A stretch of DNA of 64,000 nucleotides from Alphaproteobacteria bacterium (GTDB lineage Bacteria > Pseudomonadota > Alphaproteobacteria > JAAXGF01): assembly GCA_963555825.3 (NCBI GenBank), contig CAUVXB020000002.1:2560001-2624000 (forward strand), written 5' to 3'. A program made the position numbers and the translations under genes. Under the pieces are notes generated by a model. The model worked only from the letters and a program-made list of their open reading frames with translations. It was not told the origin of the DNA and ran no database searches. Positions 10,042 through 19,484 of the stretch are shown one piece after another; position 1 is the stretch's first letter, and every line of letters starts with the position of its first letter.

Positions 10042-10737
10042 TCATGCCTCGCTTCTTACATGACGGCTCATGCGTTTTTCGATCCCACCGAAACTTCTTT
10101 GAATCATCCACGTGATGATCAGATAGATGACCATCACCGATAGGAAAATTTCATAGGGTGCGTAGGTCTCGGCCACGATGGTTCGGGCGATCCCCATCAT
10201 ATCGAGCAACGTGATGGTGCTGGCCAGAGCGGTGCTCTTCATCAGGCTGATGACATCGTTACTGTAGGCCGGGAGACACAAACGGATGGCGATGGGGGCC
10301 GTAATGTAGATAAATCGGTGCGTTGCGGAGAGTCCCAGCGCCGCGCCCGCTTCTTTCAGGCCCCGGTCCACGCCGAGAACGCCGCCACGAAAAATTTCCG
10401 ACACATAGGCGCCGGTATTCAGCGTCAAGGCGACGATTGCACAGCCGAAAGGCTCGCGCAAAATAGGCCAGAAAATACTGTCGCGGACGAACTCCAGTTG
10501 CGGCAGGCCGTAGTAGATGATGAAGATCTGCACCAGAATGGGAGTGCCGCGAAAGATATAGATGTAGACCATTGTGGGCGCTGCGAGATACCACCGGCCG
10601 CTGATTCGCAACAACAGAAGGACAATGGCGAGCGCCGTACCCAACGCGAGCGACAGGAACAGCAACTGAAACGTCAGGCCAATTCCCATGAGAATTTGGG
10701 GAATGCTTTCGATGATCAGGGCGACATCAAAACTCAT
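10042..10737 (-). CDS. Polar amino acid ABC transporter permease (HisM-like)
   Basis: [22 protein letters not shown] loop, hydrophobic helices. Confidence 0.93.
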   Translation of the reverse strand: MSFDVALIIESIPQILMGIGLTFQLLFLSLALGTALAIVLLLLRISGRWYLAAPTMVYIYIFRGTPILVQIFIIYYGLPQLEFVRDSIFWPILREPFGCAIVALTLNTGAYVSEIFRGGVLGVDRGLKEAGAALGLSATHRFIYITAPIAIRLCLPAYSNDVISLMKSTALASTITLLDMMGIARTIVAETYAPYEIFLSVMVIYLIITWMIQRSFGGIEKRMSRHVRSEA

Positions 10738-11435
10738 CGCGCGACCTCCAGATGCCGGTTGGCATATTTTTCAAGCGCCATGACCGACAAGGTGATGATC
10801 GTTGAAAACCCCAAATAGATCACGCCGACCACGATATACATGGTAAACGGCTTGGCCGTGTAGCCGATCGCCTGTTCGGCGACAAACAGGGTTTCTTCCA
10901 GGCCGATGATGGCAATCAGCGCGGTGTCCTTGATCAGAGACAGCATGTGATTGCCGAAGGGCGGCAGCGCCAGCCGCCACATGGCCGGAATGCGCACGTA
11001 CATGAATGTCTTGATATTCGAGAGACCAAGCGCCCGGGCGGCCTCGACCTGACCTGGATCAACACCGAGGAAGGCGCCGCGAAAGGTCTCCGTGGCGTAG
11101 GAGCCGATAATCAGTGCAATGGCAAATGATCCGGCCCAAAATGGCGGGAGATCGACAAACTTGATCTCGGGATCGAAGACCTGGGCAATCGCCGTCAGGG
11201 TGATCGCCGAACCGAAGTAAAACAGCAAAAGAACCAGAATCTCGGGTGTGCCGCGAAAGATGATCGTATAGCCGTTGGCGATGGATTTGGCGACCCGATT
11301 CCCCGACAGCTTCGCGGCCGAGCCAATCAGTCCAAACAGGACCGTCAGAATCAGGGCTACAACGAAAAGCTCAACAACAACGAGAGAGCCCCAAAAAAAA
11401 TCGTCCCACCAACCATCTAATGCGTCCACGGCCAC
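10734..11435 (-). CDS. Polar amino acid ABC transporter permease (HisQ-like)
   Basis: FRGTPEIL, GQVEAARALG, LIKDTAL; 4-bp overlap with the next gene. Confidence 0.93.
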   Translation of the reverse strand: MAVDALDGWWDDFFWGSLVVVELFVVALILTVLFGLIGSAAKLSGNRVAKSIANGYTIIFRGTPEILVLLLFYFGSAITLTAIAQVFDPEIKFVDLPPFWAGSFAIALIIGSYATETFRGAFLGVDPGQVEAARALGLSNIKTFMYVRIPAMWRLALPPFGNHMLSLIKDTALIAIIGLEETLFVAEQAIGYTAKPFTMYIVVGVIYLGFSTIITLSVMALEKYANRHLEVAR

Positions 11436-11492
11436 TCACCCCATTCAGTTCTCACGGCGTGACAGAGCATCATCCTGATAGGGATGGCAAAT

Positions 11493-11538
11493 AAGAAAAA
11501 AGTCGCGGTGGGGGTCAATACAGCGCCCCCACCGCGGA
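11493..11538 (-). terminator. Intrinsic terminator/stabilising hairpin between the SBP and permease genes
   Basis: cgcggtggggg...cccccaccgcg stem followed by a T-tract on the minus strand. Confidence 0.7.
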
Positions 11539-11576
11539 CATGAAATCCAACCTACTCTGCGAGCTTTGACTTTTAC

Positions 11577-12368
11577 TTAGTGGATAGCGAAGGGGAAATA
11601 TTGCAGGGCATATTTCTCCAGCCAGCCATGATCAGTCAGGGTCTTCAAGGCGGCGTTCAGACGGGCCTTCAACTCATCATTGCCCTGGCGAAGGCCAATG
11701 CCGACACCAATGCCGAAGTATTTTTTCTCATCGATCTGCGGGCTGACATATTCGTAACCCGCGCCGTCTTCCTTGCTGAGAAACCTGAGGTGGGCTTTCA
11801 TGGGATTGGTCATGATCATATCGGTCCGGCCATTCACCAGATCGAGATACAGGGCCTCGTTTGTATCGTATAAAACCACTTCAGCTTCGGGAAGTTCGTT
11901 TTCGAACCAGTCGGAATAAGTCGTTGCCCGTTCAAGGCCGACCTTGAGGCCGGCGAAGTTGGCGGGAATCGGCTTGTCCGCATCATCGAAAAGATTGAAT
12001 CCGGCATTTTTCTTGCCGACCAGGCGGCCGACCGAAATGCGGTAAGTGTCGGAGAAATCCATTTTCTCCCGACGTTTGTCCGTAATCGACATGGAGGCGA
12101 TGACCAAATCGAACTTGTTGGCCAAGAGGGCCGGGATCATGCCGTCCCATTTCTGGCAGACAAATTCCAGATCGGCGCCAATAAGACCAGCGACACCCTT
12201 GGCGACATCGACGTCATAGCCCATGAGTTTGCCATCGGTATTCTTGAAATTGAATGGTGCATAGGTGCATTCCATTCCCACGCGAAGCGTCTCGGCCGCG
12301 GCGATGTTGACCGCGCCGAACGTAACGACGGCGAGCGCCGCCGCCATGACCGTTTGTATCTTTTTCAT
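11577..12368 (-). CDS. Amino acid ABC transporter substrate-binding protein (family 3)
   Basis: Signal peptide; YAPFNF, GYDVDV, WDGMIPALLANKFD, SMSITDKR. Confidence 0.94.
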   Translation of the reverse strand: MKKIQTVMAAALAVVTFGAVNIAAAETLRVGMECTYAPFNFKNTDGKLMGYDVDVAKGVAGLIGADLEFVCQKWDGMIPALLANKFDLVIASMSITDKRREKMDFSDTYRISVGRLVGKKNAGFNLFDDADKPIPANFAGLKVGLERATTYSDWFENELPEAEVVLYDTNEALYLDLVNGRTDMIMTNPMKAHLRFLSKEDGAGYEYVSPQIDEKKYFGIGVGIGLRQGNDELKARLNAALKTLTDHGWLEKYALQYFPFAIH

Positions 12369-12418
12369 CGTGACTCCTCCTTGTTGGGTTGGTTCGTCCG
12401 TTTGTTTTGGTTCCGCCC

Positions 12419-13663
12419 TCAGACGAGCGCGTCCAGGCCTTCGATCAGCCGGTCGACGTCTTGCGACCCATTATAGTGCGCGAGCGACGCGCGGACGACA
12501 CCGTTCTGCGGCCGTGCGCCGATCGCGTCGATGCAGCGGGCGGCGTAGAAATCGTCGGCGTAGAGGCCGATCTTGCGTTCGCGCAGCGCAGCCGGGACCT
12601 CGCGCGAATCGTGGCCGTTGACGAGGAACGAATAGACCCCGACACGCTCGCGGTCGGCCGGCGCGCCGGCGCCAATGACGCGGACCGACGGCTGCGCGCC
12701 GAGGAAATCCTCGATCTCGCGGCCCAGCACGGTCTCGTGCGCGGCGAACAGTCCGAGGACCTGCTCGATCCGCTCCGGTGCGTCGAGGTTGGCGCCCGGG
12801 AAGTGGTGCGCGTGCACCGCATCGAAGTATTCGGTGATGCCTGCGGCACCGGCGGTCAGCTCGTAGTTGAGGCCGCCCGGGCACAGCCGGCGCTGGTGGT
12901 CGTCATCGCCCAGGAAGTAGTGGCTCTGGTTGGCGGTCCGCGCCAGCGCCGCGCGCTTGCCGTAGAGCACGCCCATGTGCGGCCCGAAGATTTTGTACGG
13001 GCTGTAGAGGTAAAAGTCGACATCGAGCGCCTTGACGTCGATGCGCCGGTGCGGCGCGTAGGCGACGCCGTCGACGCAGACCATCGCGCCCGCCGCGTGC
13101 ACCTTCGCCGTGATCGCCTTCACGTCGTGGATCAGGCCGACGATGTTCGAGCAGTGGGTGAAGCAGACCAGCCGGGTGCGCGCGTTCAAGAGCGCTTCCA
13201 TATCCTCGATCTCGAGGTCGTCGGTGTCGGCGTTCATGCGCCACTCGCGGACCACCAGTCCGGTTGCCTCGAGCGCCCGCCAGGCGCCGTTGTTGGCCTC
13301 GTGATCCTGGTTGGTGACGATGATTTCGTCGCCCGCCTCGAATTGCGGACGCAGCGCGTGGGACAGCGCATAGACGTTGGACGTGGTCGACGGCCCGATG
13401 ACGATCTCGTCGATCTCGGCGTTGATCAGCGCGGCCAGCGCCGCCTTGCCCTCGTCGATCATCCGCGCGCCTTCCTCGGAGGCCGGGTAGCCTTCGCCGG
13501 GCTGCACCTGGCAGGCCGCCGTGAAGTGGCCAAGGCGATCGATTACCTGTTGCGGAACCAGCGTGCCGCCAGCGTTCTCGAGGAACACCCAGCCGGTTTC
13601 GAGCGCCGGAAAGTCGCTCCGGCAGAAGTCGACATCGAGTCGTGTGTCGACGGCCATGTCCAT
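12419..13663 (-). CDS. PLP-dependent aminotransferase class V / cysteine desulfurase-like protein
   Basis: LENAGG, DHEAN, VDGVAYAPH, YSPYKIFGPH (PLP lysine), RASLAHYN. Confidence 0.88.
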   Translation of the reverse strand: MDMAVDTRLDVDFCRSDFPALETGWVFLENAGGTLVPQQVIDRLGHFTAACQVQPGEGYPASEEGARMIDEGKAALAALINAEIDEIVIGPSTTSNVYALSHALRPQFEAGDEIIVTNQDHEANNGAWRALEATGLVVREWRMNADTDDLEIEDMEALLNARTRLVCFTHCSNIVGLIHDVKAITAKVHAAGAMVCVDGVAYAPHRRIDVKALDVDFYLYSPYKIFGPHMGVLYGKRAALARTANQSHYFLGDDDHQRRLCPGGLNYELTAGAAGITEYFDAVHAHHFPGANLDAPERIEQVLGLFAAHETVLGREIEDFLGAQPSVRVIGAGAPADRERVGVYSFLVNGHDSREVPAALRERKIGLYADDFYAARCIDAIGARPQNGVVRASLAHYNGSQDVDRLIEGLDALV

Positions 13664-13736
13664 CCCTTGTTGCCTGTTCCAGTCGGTCTTTTCCCGACCG
13701 TTGCAGATATGGTAAAATGGCCGGCACGGCTTGGAA

Positions 13737-13751
13737 ATACCCCCAGGGTAT
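13737..13751. promoter_or_regulatory. Palindromic candidate operator ATACCC-N3-GGGTAT between divergent genes
   Basis: Perfect 6-3-6 inverted repeat between the aminotransferase and the LuxR regulator. Confidence 0.45.
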
Positions 13752-13791
13752 GAGGCGCCCTTGGGCGTGATCTAGGGAGCGGCTGAGCGCC

Positions 13792-14649
13792 ATGAACGCA
13801 CGTGACGACGGGCCAGCGGCGACGCAAGACGACGGCGTCGACTGGTACCGCGACATCGGCGAGATCATCGACGGCCTGGGCAGCGAGGCGCTGCCCGAGC
13901 GACTGGTGCGCGGGCTCGGCCGCCTGGTGCCGTTCGAGCTGGCCGCCGTCTTCGCCTATCGGGGCCGCTCGCGCCCGCTGGTCGTGTACGAAAATTTCGA
14001 TGCGCGCGGCGCCAAGCAAGGCGTCGCGGCCTACGTCGAGAACACCTATGTGCTAAACCCGTTCTATCACGCCCATCTCAAGGGCCTTGAGGACGGCGTC
14101 TACCGGATGCGCGACCTGGCGCCCGACGCCTTCTTCGAAAGTGAGTACTACCGCGCCTACAAGGCGCGACCCAGCGCGGCCGAGGAAATCGGCTATGTCA
14201 CCGATAACTGGCCGCCGGGCATGGAGGAACTGATGGTCGCCGTGACCCTGGGGGACGGGGTGCTCGCCGAGATTAGCCTGTCGCGGCCGCGCCGCGGCGG
14301 CGGCTTCGACGACGCCGACGTCGCGCGGCTTTCGGCGGTCGTGCCGGTGATCGGCGCGCTGCTGCGAATATACTGGGCGGAATTCGGCGCGCCCGGCGCG
14401 CACTCGGCTCCACTCGACAGCCGGGTCGACGACGCCTTCGCCGACTTCGGCAAATCGGTGCTGACCGGCCGCGAGTGCGAGGTCACGCAGCTGATTCTAC
14501 GCGGCCATTCCTCGGAATCGATCTGCGTCAACCTCGGTATCTCGCTCGGCACGGTCAAGACGCACCGCAAGAACGCCTATGCCAAACTCGCCATCTCGTC
14601 GCAGTCGGAACTGCTGGCGCGCTTCCTGCAATCGCTCCAAGCGGCGTGA
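13792..14649 (+). CDS. LuxR-family HTH transcriptional regulator with N-terminal sensor domain
   Basis: C-terminal LTGRECEV...GHSSESI...ISLGTVKTHRKNAYAKL. Confidence 0.9.
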   Translation: MNARDDGPAATQDDGVDWYRDIGEIIDGLGSEALPERLVRGLGRLVPFELAAVFAYRGRSRPLVVYENFDARGAKQGVAAYVENTYVLNPFYHAHLKGLEDGVYRMRDLAPDAFFESEYYRAYKARPSAAEEIGYVTDNWPPGMEELMVAVTLGDGVLAEISLSRPRRGGGFDDADVARLSAVVPVIGALLRIYWAEFGAPGAHSAPLDSRVDDAFADFGKSVLTGRECEVTQLILRGHSSESICVNLGISLGTVKTHRKNAYAKLAISSQSELLARFLQSLQAA

Positions 14650-14753
14650 GCGCAATTCACGGAGGCGCGGGGGAACTGGGGCCAGATAAGTAGAAGTAAC
14701 GATTCAAATCTTAGCCATCGATCGGTCCAACGACGCCGCTTGTGCGACCGTTG

Positions 14754-16049
14754 TCAGAAATTCCTGAGATAGCGCTCGATCTCAACCGAGGTGACTTGGT
14801 CGGCGAAGAACGCAAGCTCGCGCTCGGCCTGGCCGATCAGAATCTCCAGGCGGTCAGCGCCCAAAACGTCCTTCAGCAGCGCGGATTCCCTGGCCAGGGC
14901 CACGGCGGTCGCGAGATCGGTCGGGAGCGGCGTCGCGTCCTTCGATTCGTAGGCGTTGGCGTCGGTCACGGGCGTCGGCTCCAGGCCCTCCTCGATGCCG
15001 TTCAGCCCGGCCGCGATCTCGCAGGCCATCAGGTAATAGGGGTTGCAGTCGGCCGAACCGTCGCGCTTCTCCACCCTGACCGCGCTGTCCTTGCCCCCGA
15101 TCACGCGCAGGCCGACGGTGCGGTTGTCGACGCTCCAGCTATCGTTGATCGGACAGAAGCTATCGGGCACGCGCCGACGATAGGCGTTCGGCGTGGTCGC
15201 CGCGACCAGTGTCATCTCGATCATGCCGCGCTGCATGCCGGCCAGGTAGTTGAGACCGAGCGCCGAGAGCTTGCCGCCGTCGGCGAAGAGGTTCTTGCCG
15301 TCCCGCCATAGCGAATGGTGGACGTGAAAGCCGCTGCCGGAAAGCTCGGCGAAGGGCTTCGCCATGAACGTGGCGACATAGCCGTGGGCCTGCGCCAAGT
15401 TCTTCACGTGGCCGCGAAACACCACCGCCTGGTCGGCCGCCGACAGGGCGTCGCTGTAGCGGATGTTGACCTCGACCTGGCCCGGTGCGTATTCCGGGTT
15501 CGACTGCTCGATCGGGATGCCGACCTCGTTCAGGTGGCGGCGGATGGGGCCGATCACATGCTCCATTTCCGAGGCGCGGGTCAGGCCATAGACCTGGATA
15601 CCCGAATCGCGCGGCCGCAGGGTCTCCGGGTCGAGCAGGTAAAACTCGAGCTCGGCGCCGATATTGACCTCATAGCCCATGCCGGCGGCGCGCTCGAGGA
15701 CGCCGATCAGCGCGTTGCGTGGATCGATCGCTATCGGCTTGTGGTCCATGCCCTCGGCGCGGCCGAGGCAAAACGCGACGCCTTCCTCCCAGGGCAGCGG
15801 GTAGACTTGGCCCATGGGAAAGATATGCATGTCCGGATAGCCGTTCTGGAAATTCACGTAGGGTGTTTCCCAGAGGTCGCAGGTCATGTCGACCGTTAAC
15901 AGCGCGAGCGACAGGGCGTTGCCGTCCTCGCAGACCGTCGGCCAGTGGCTGGCCGGGATGCGTTTGCCGCGCATGATGCCGTTCATGTCTGCCACGCCGA
16001 GGGCGACCGTATGGATGCCCTTGGGAAGCTCGATGGTCTTCGCGTTCAT
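14754..16049 (-). CDS. Glutamine synthetase family protein (gamma-glutamyl-amine ligase-like)
   Basis: DMNGIMRGK, GAELEFYL, EYAPGQVE, FMAKPF..SGSGFHVHHSL, DNRT, NPY. Confidence 0.9.
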   Translation of the reverse strand: MNAKTIELPKGIHTVALGVADMNGIMRGKRIPASHWPTVCEDGNALSLALLTVDMTCDLWETPYVNFQNGYPDMHIFPMGQVYPLPWEEGVAFCLGRAEGMDHKPIAIDPRNALIGVLERAAGMGYEVNIGAELEFYLLDPETLRPRDSGIQVYGLTRASEMEHVIGPIRRHLNEVGIPIEQSNPEYAPGQVEVNIRYSDALSAADQAVVFRGHVKNLAQAHGYVATFMAKPFAELSGSGFHVHHSLWRDGKNLFADGGKLSALGLNYLAGMQRGMIEMTLVAATTPNAYRRRVPDSFCPINDSWSVDNRTVGLRVIGGKDSAVRVEKRDGSADCNPYYLMACEIAAGLNGIEEGLEPTPVTDANAYESKDATPLPTDLATAVALARESALLKDVLGADRLEILIGQAERELAFFADQVTSVEIERYLRNF

Positions 16050-16161
16050 CTCCGATACCCCCTAGAACCGGTTTGGCGCTCCCCGTAACGCCTTCGTCCC
16101 GACCCTACTATGCCGGATTTACACTGTCACCGCGGCCAGCCGTCGGGAGTCGGTGGCCGGG

Positions 16162-17583
16162 TCACCAGGTGAACGGCCGGTCGATGCCGGCCAGCTTGAC
16201 GCCGGTGAAGGCCGAAGCCTCGAGCGAGAGCGCCCGCAGGTCCTCGACCTCCAGATTATGGACCTGAGACTTGCCGCAAGCCTTGGCCAGGAGGGTGATC
16301 TCCATGGTCATCGCCGTCAGGAAGCGCGCGACGCGCTCGGCGGCCGCGGCCACGTCGACCCGTTTCTCGAGTTCCGGGTCCTGGGTCGTGATGCCGACCG
16401 GGCAGAGCCCGGTGTGGCAGTGATGGCAGCGCCCGGGCGCGGTGCCGAGGGCGGCGTAGTCGTCGAAATAGCGCGGCGAGTTGCAGCCCAGCGCCATCAG
16501 GGCGGCGGTGCCGATCATCACCGCGTCGGCGCCCAGCGCCAGGCATTTTGCGGCGTCGGTGCCGGAGCGTATGCCGCCGGCGGCGACCAGCGAGACCGCG
16601 CCCGACATGCCGCAGTCGTCGAGTGCCTCGCGCGCCGCGCGGATGGCGGAGATGGTCGGTATTCCGGTGTGGTCGAGCAGCAGCTCGGGCGAGGCGCCGG
16701 TGCCGCCCTCGGCGCCATCGACCACGATCACATCGGCGCCCGCCTTGGCCGCGATCGCCACGTCGAAGCGGGGCCGGGTTGCACCGACCTTTATGATGAT
16801 GGGCACTTGGTAGTCGGTGGCCTCTCGCAACTCCTCGATCTTGACCTGCAGATCATCGGCGCCGAGGAAATCCGGGTGGCGAACGCTGGAGCGCTGGTCG
16901 ACGCCTTTCGGCAAGGTACGCATCTCGGCGACCCGGTCCGAGACCTTCATGCCCAGAAGAATCCCACCGGTGCCGGGCTTGGCGCCCTGCCCCATGACGA
17001 GCTCGATGCCGTCCGCCATGCGCAAGTGCTCGAGGTCCAGCATGTAGCGTGACGGCGTCATCTGGTAGACCAGCTTTTGCGAGGCCGCGCGCTCGTCTTC
17101 CAGCATGCCGCCCTCGCCGGTGCAGGTCATGGTGCCGAGCTTGGACGCGCCGTAGCCGAGCGCCGCCTTGGCATTGGCCGATAGCGCGCCGAACGACATC
17201 GAGGCGATGTAAATCGGGATATCCAGCTCGAGCGGCTTGGCGACCAGCCCGGGGCGGTTGCCGAGCACGGTCTTCGTGTCGCAGCTCTCGCGATATCCCT
17301 CGAGCGGCAAGCGCGTCATGGTCGCCGGCACGAAGGTGAGGTCGTCGAAGGTCGGCATGCGGTTGTTGAAGGTGTTGAAGCCGCGAATCTGGTAGCGGCC
17401 GAGGCGCGATAGCGCGTGCACCTCGGATATCGACTCCGGCGTCCAGCGCACCGAGCTGCCCCGGTCATAGGAGGACGGTGTGCCCGCTGGCCGCTCGGCG
17501 GCCGCGCCGTCCTTCATGGCGATGGCGTCTTCAGAGGCCGGTTCGAATGGGTACGCGTAGGGGCGCTTCAGATCATCAGCCAT
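16162..17583 (-). CDS. glxD: FMN-binding glutamate synthase family protein (GlxD/MgsC-like)
   Basis: MSFGALS, TGEGG, GQGAKPGTGG, CHHCHTGLCPVGITTQDP; start reassigned to ATG 17583. Confidence 0.85.
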   Translation of the reverse strand: MADDLKRPYAYPFEPASEDAIAMKDGAAAERPAGTPSSYDRGSSVRWTPESISEVHALSRLGRYQIRGFNTFNNRMPTFDDLTFVPATMTRLPLEGYRESCDTKTVLGNRPGLVAKPLELDIPIYIASMSFGALSANAKAALGYGASKLGTMTCTGEGGMLEDERAASQKLVYQMTPSRYMLDLEHLRMADGIELVMGQGAKPGTGGILLGMKVSDRVAEMRTLPKGVDQRSSVRHPDFLGADDLQVKIEELREATDYQVPIIIKVGATRPRFDVAIAAKAGADVIVVDGAEGGTGASPELLLDHTGIPTISAIRAAREALDDCGMSGAVSLVAAGGIRSGTDAAKCLALGADAVMIGTAALMALGCNSPRYFDDYAALGTAPGRCHHCHTGLCPVGITTQDPELEKRVDVAAAAERVARFLTAMTMEITLLAKACGKSQVHNLEVEDLRALSLEASAFTGVKLAGIDRPFTW

Positions 17584-18260
17584 GCGTTCGCGTCCCTGCT
17601 CTCGAAATGCCATAGCTGCTCGGCGGAGACGATCTTTTGCCAGCCGCGCGAGCCGTCGCCGAGGCCGCGCCCCGCGAGAAGGCTTTCGATCGCGGCGATC
17701 TCCTCCGCCGCGGGGTCGACGACCTTCGAATCGACGCCGAGCGACCCGATCGGCCCGGCCACCCACACCTCGCCGCCCCACAGCGAGTCCGCACAGGCGC
17801 CCTCGGCGCCGCCCAGAGCGATGATCCGCCCGGCGTGGGCCATGAACCCCGACAGGTGTCCGATGCGGCCTTCGACGATGATGTCGCCGCCTTTCATAGC
17901 GACGCCGCAGCGCGGGCCGGTATTGCCCTTCACGTGAATCAAGCCGCCGCGCATCGACGCGCCGGCCGACATGCCGGCATATCCGCCGACCACGAGCTCT
18001 CCCTTGGCCATGGCCTCGCCGACGCCCCAGCCGGCGTTGCGCTCGATCTCGATGTGGGCGCCGTCGTTGAGGCCGCCGCAGTAATAGCCCACGCTGCCCT
18101 CGAAGGAGACCCGGGCGCCCTCGGCCAAGCCGATGCCGAGGTTGTGGCGCGAGCGGGTATCGCGCACGGTAACCGCATCGCCCTTGGCCAGCGCGTCGCG
18201 AATCGTCTGGTTCAACTCGCGGATCGGAAGAGCGCCGGCGGTGATGACGACGTCGCTCAT
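17568..18260 (-). CDS. glxC: GXGXG (GltB C-terminal-like) protein, GlxC/MgsB-like
   Basis: GSVGYYCGG, NAGWGVGEAM, RCGVAMKGGDIIV beta-helix repeats; start ATG 18260. Confidence 0.85.
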   Translation of the reverse strand: MSDVVITAGALPIRELNQTIRDALAKGDAVTVRDTRSRHNLGIGLAEGARVSFEGSVGYYCGGLNDGAHIEIERNAGWGVGEAMAKGELVVGGYAGMSAGASMRGGLIHVKGNTGPRCGVAMKGGDIIVEGRIGHLSGFMAHAGRIIALGGAEGACADSLWGGEVWVAGPIGSLGVDSKVVDPAAEEIAAIESLLAGRGLGDGSRGWQKIVSAEQLWHFESRDANAWLMI

Positions 18261-19201
18261 GCCGCGGCCCTGCTCACCTCGATCGGCCAAGTCATGGTGA
18301 CCCCCGGCCCGTCGTAGTTGATGACGTCGACTTCGTCCCGGTAGATGGTGCGCACCGCCTGCTCCTCGGTGGCGGCGGCCAACTCGCCATCGCGCTCGAC
18401 CGAGACCAGGGGTTTGATCGCCCAGCGGTCCTTGGCGAATCCCATGCTTTCGTGGTTGGCGATGAGGAAGGTGAAGACGCCGTCGATGTCGTCGATCGAC
18501 TGGCGCAAGGCCTGCGCCTGGGTCATGCCGCGCGACATGCGATCCGATATCCACACCGCGATCAGCTCGCTGTCGTTCTCGGTCATGAAGCGATAGCCGT
18601 CCCGTTCGAGCCGCTCGCGCCAGGTGAAGTAATTGGTGATCTGGCCGTTATGGACGATCGCCACGTCGGCAAAAGGCCGCGCCCAGAACGGGTGGCTCGC
18701 GGTCGGCGAAACCGAGGACTCGGTGGCCAGGCGCGCATGGCCCAAACCGTGGGTGCCGAGGAAATCGCGCACGCCGTGCTTGTCGGCGACCACGGATGCG
18801 CTGCCGAGATCCTTGATGATTTCGAGCGACCGCCCGACCGACTGGATTTCCAGCCGGTCCGCCATTTCGTCCGCGGCGCGCACCCAGGCCTCCATCGAGT
18901 CCGGCTCGGCGATGACCATGCGCGCCGAAACATGGGCGCTGTCCGCGCCGTCCCAGCTGGGGTCGGCCAGGAAGTCCGATCGATGCGCCTTGAGAATGGC
19001 GTGAAACTCTTCGAGGGCAGACGACAGGGCCGCCCTCTGGGGCGCGATAGCGCGGACGACCAGGCCGGTCTCGAGCGGCGGGCCGTAGAGGGCGAACCCG
19101 GTCGAGTCGGCGCCACGGTGAACCTGGGCGTCCATCAACGCCACCAAATCCGCCCCGACCGTGCCGGGCGCGCCAAGAATTCTTCCGGCAATCCCGCACA
19201 T
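18257..19201 (-). CDS. glxB: Class II (Ntn) glutamine amidotransferase, GlxB/MgsA-like
   Basis: N-terminal MCGIAG, HRGADSTG, GHARLATES, VHNGQITN, TENDSE. Confidence 0.87.
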   Translation of the reverse strand: MCGIAGRILGAPGTVGADLVALMDAQVHRGADSTGFALYGPPLETGLVVRAIAPQRAALSSALEEFHAILKAHRSDFLADPSWDGADSAHVSARMVIAEPDSMEAWVRAADEMADRLEIQSVGRSLEIIKDLGSASVVADKHGVRDFLGTHGLGHARLATESSVSPTASHPFWARPFADVAIVHNGQITNYFTWRERLERDGYRFMTENDSELIAVWISDRMSRGMTQAQALRQSIDDIDGVFTFLIANHESMGFAKDRWAIKPLVSVERDGELAAATEEQAVRTIYRDEVDVINYDGPGVTMTWPIEVSRAAA

Positions 19202-19484
19202 TTGAAGCGCCGAGCTCCGGCTGTTGCAATGCTGACCAGTCGCCGCCGAATGATACCCGGTAGCGACGCGAGATTGGTGGAAATTCGATACGCGGCGTGC
19301 GCCGGAGCATCGGCGTTGTCACCTCGGCGAACTGCCTGATCGACCGCGGGATTCCGTGCCGGTCCTATGAAAACCGTTCGACACCGTCAACCACCAAACG
19401 ATTGTCGAACAGTATAGCACGAGGCTTGGCCAAGAGGGCCGGGACGGCGGCCGAGCCGTTGTCGTCGAATGGCGGCTTAGGACC

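Noticed and set aside
19410-19435. Sigma-54 promoter upstream of glxB
   Set aside because: GG-to-GC spacing on the minus strand is 11 rather than the required 10
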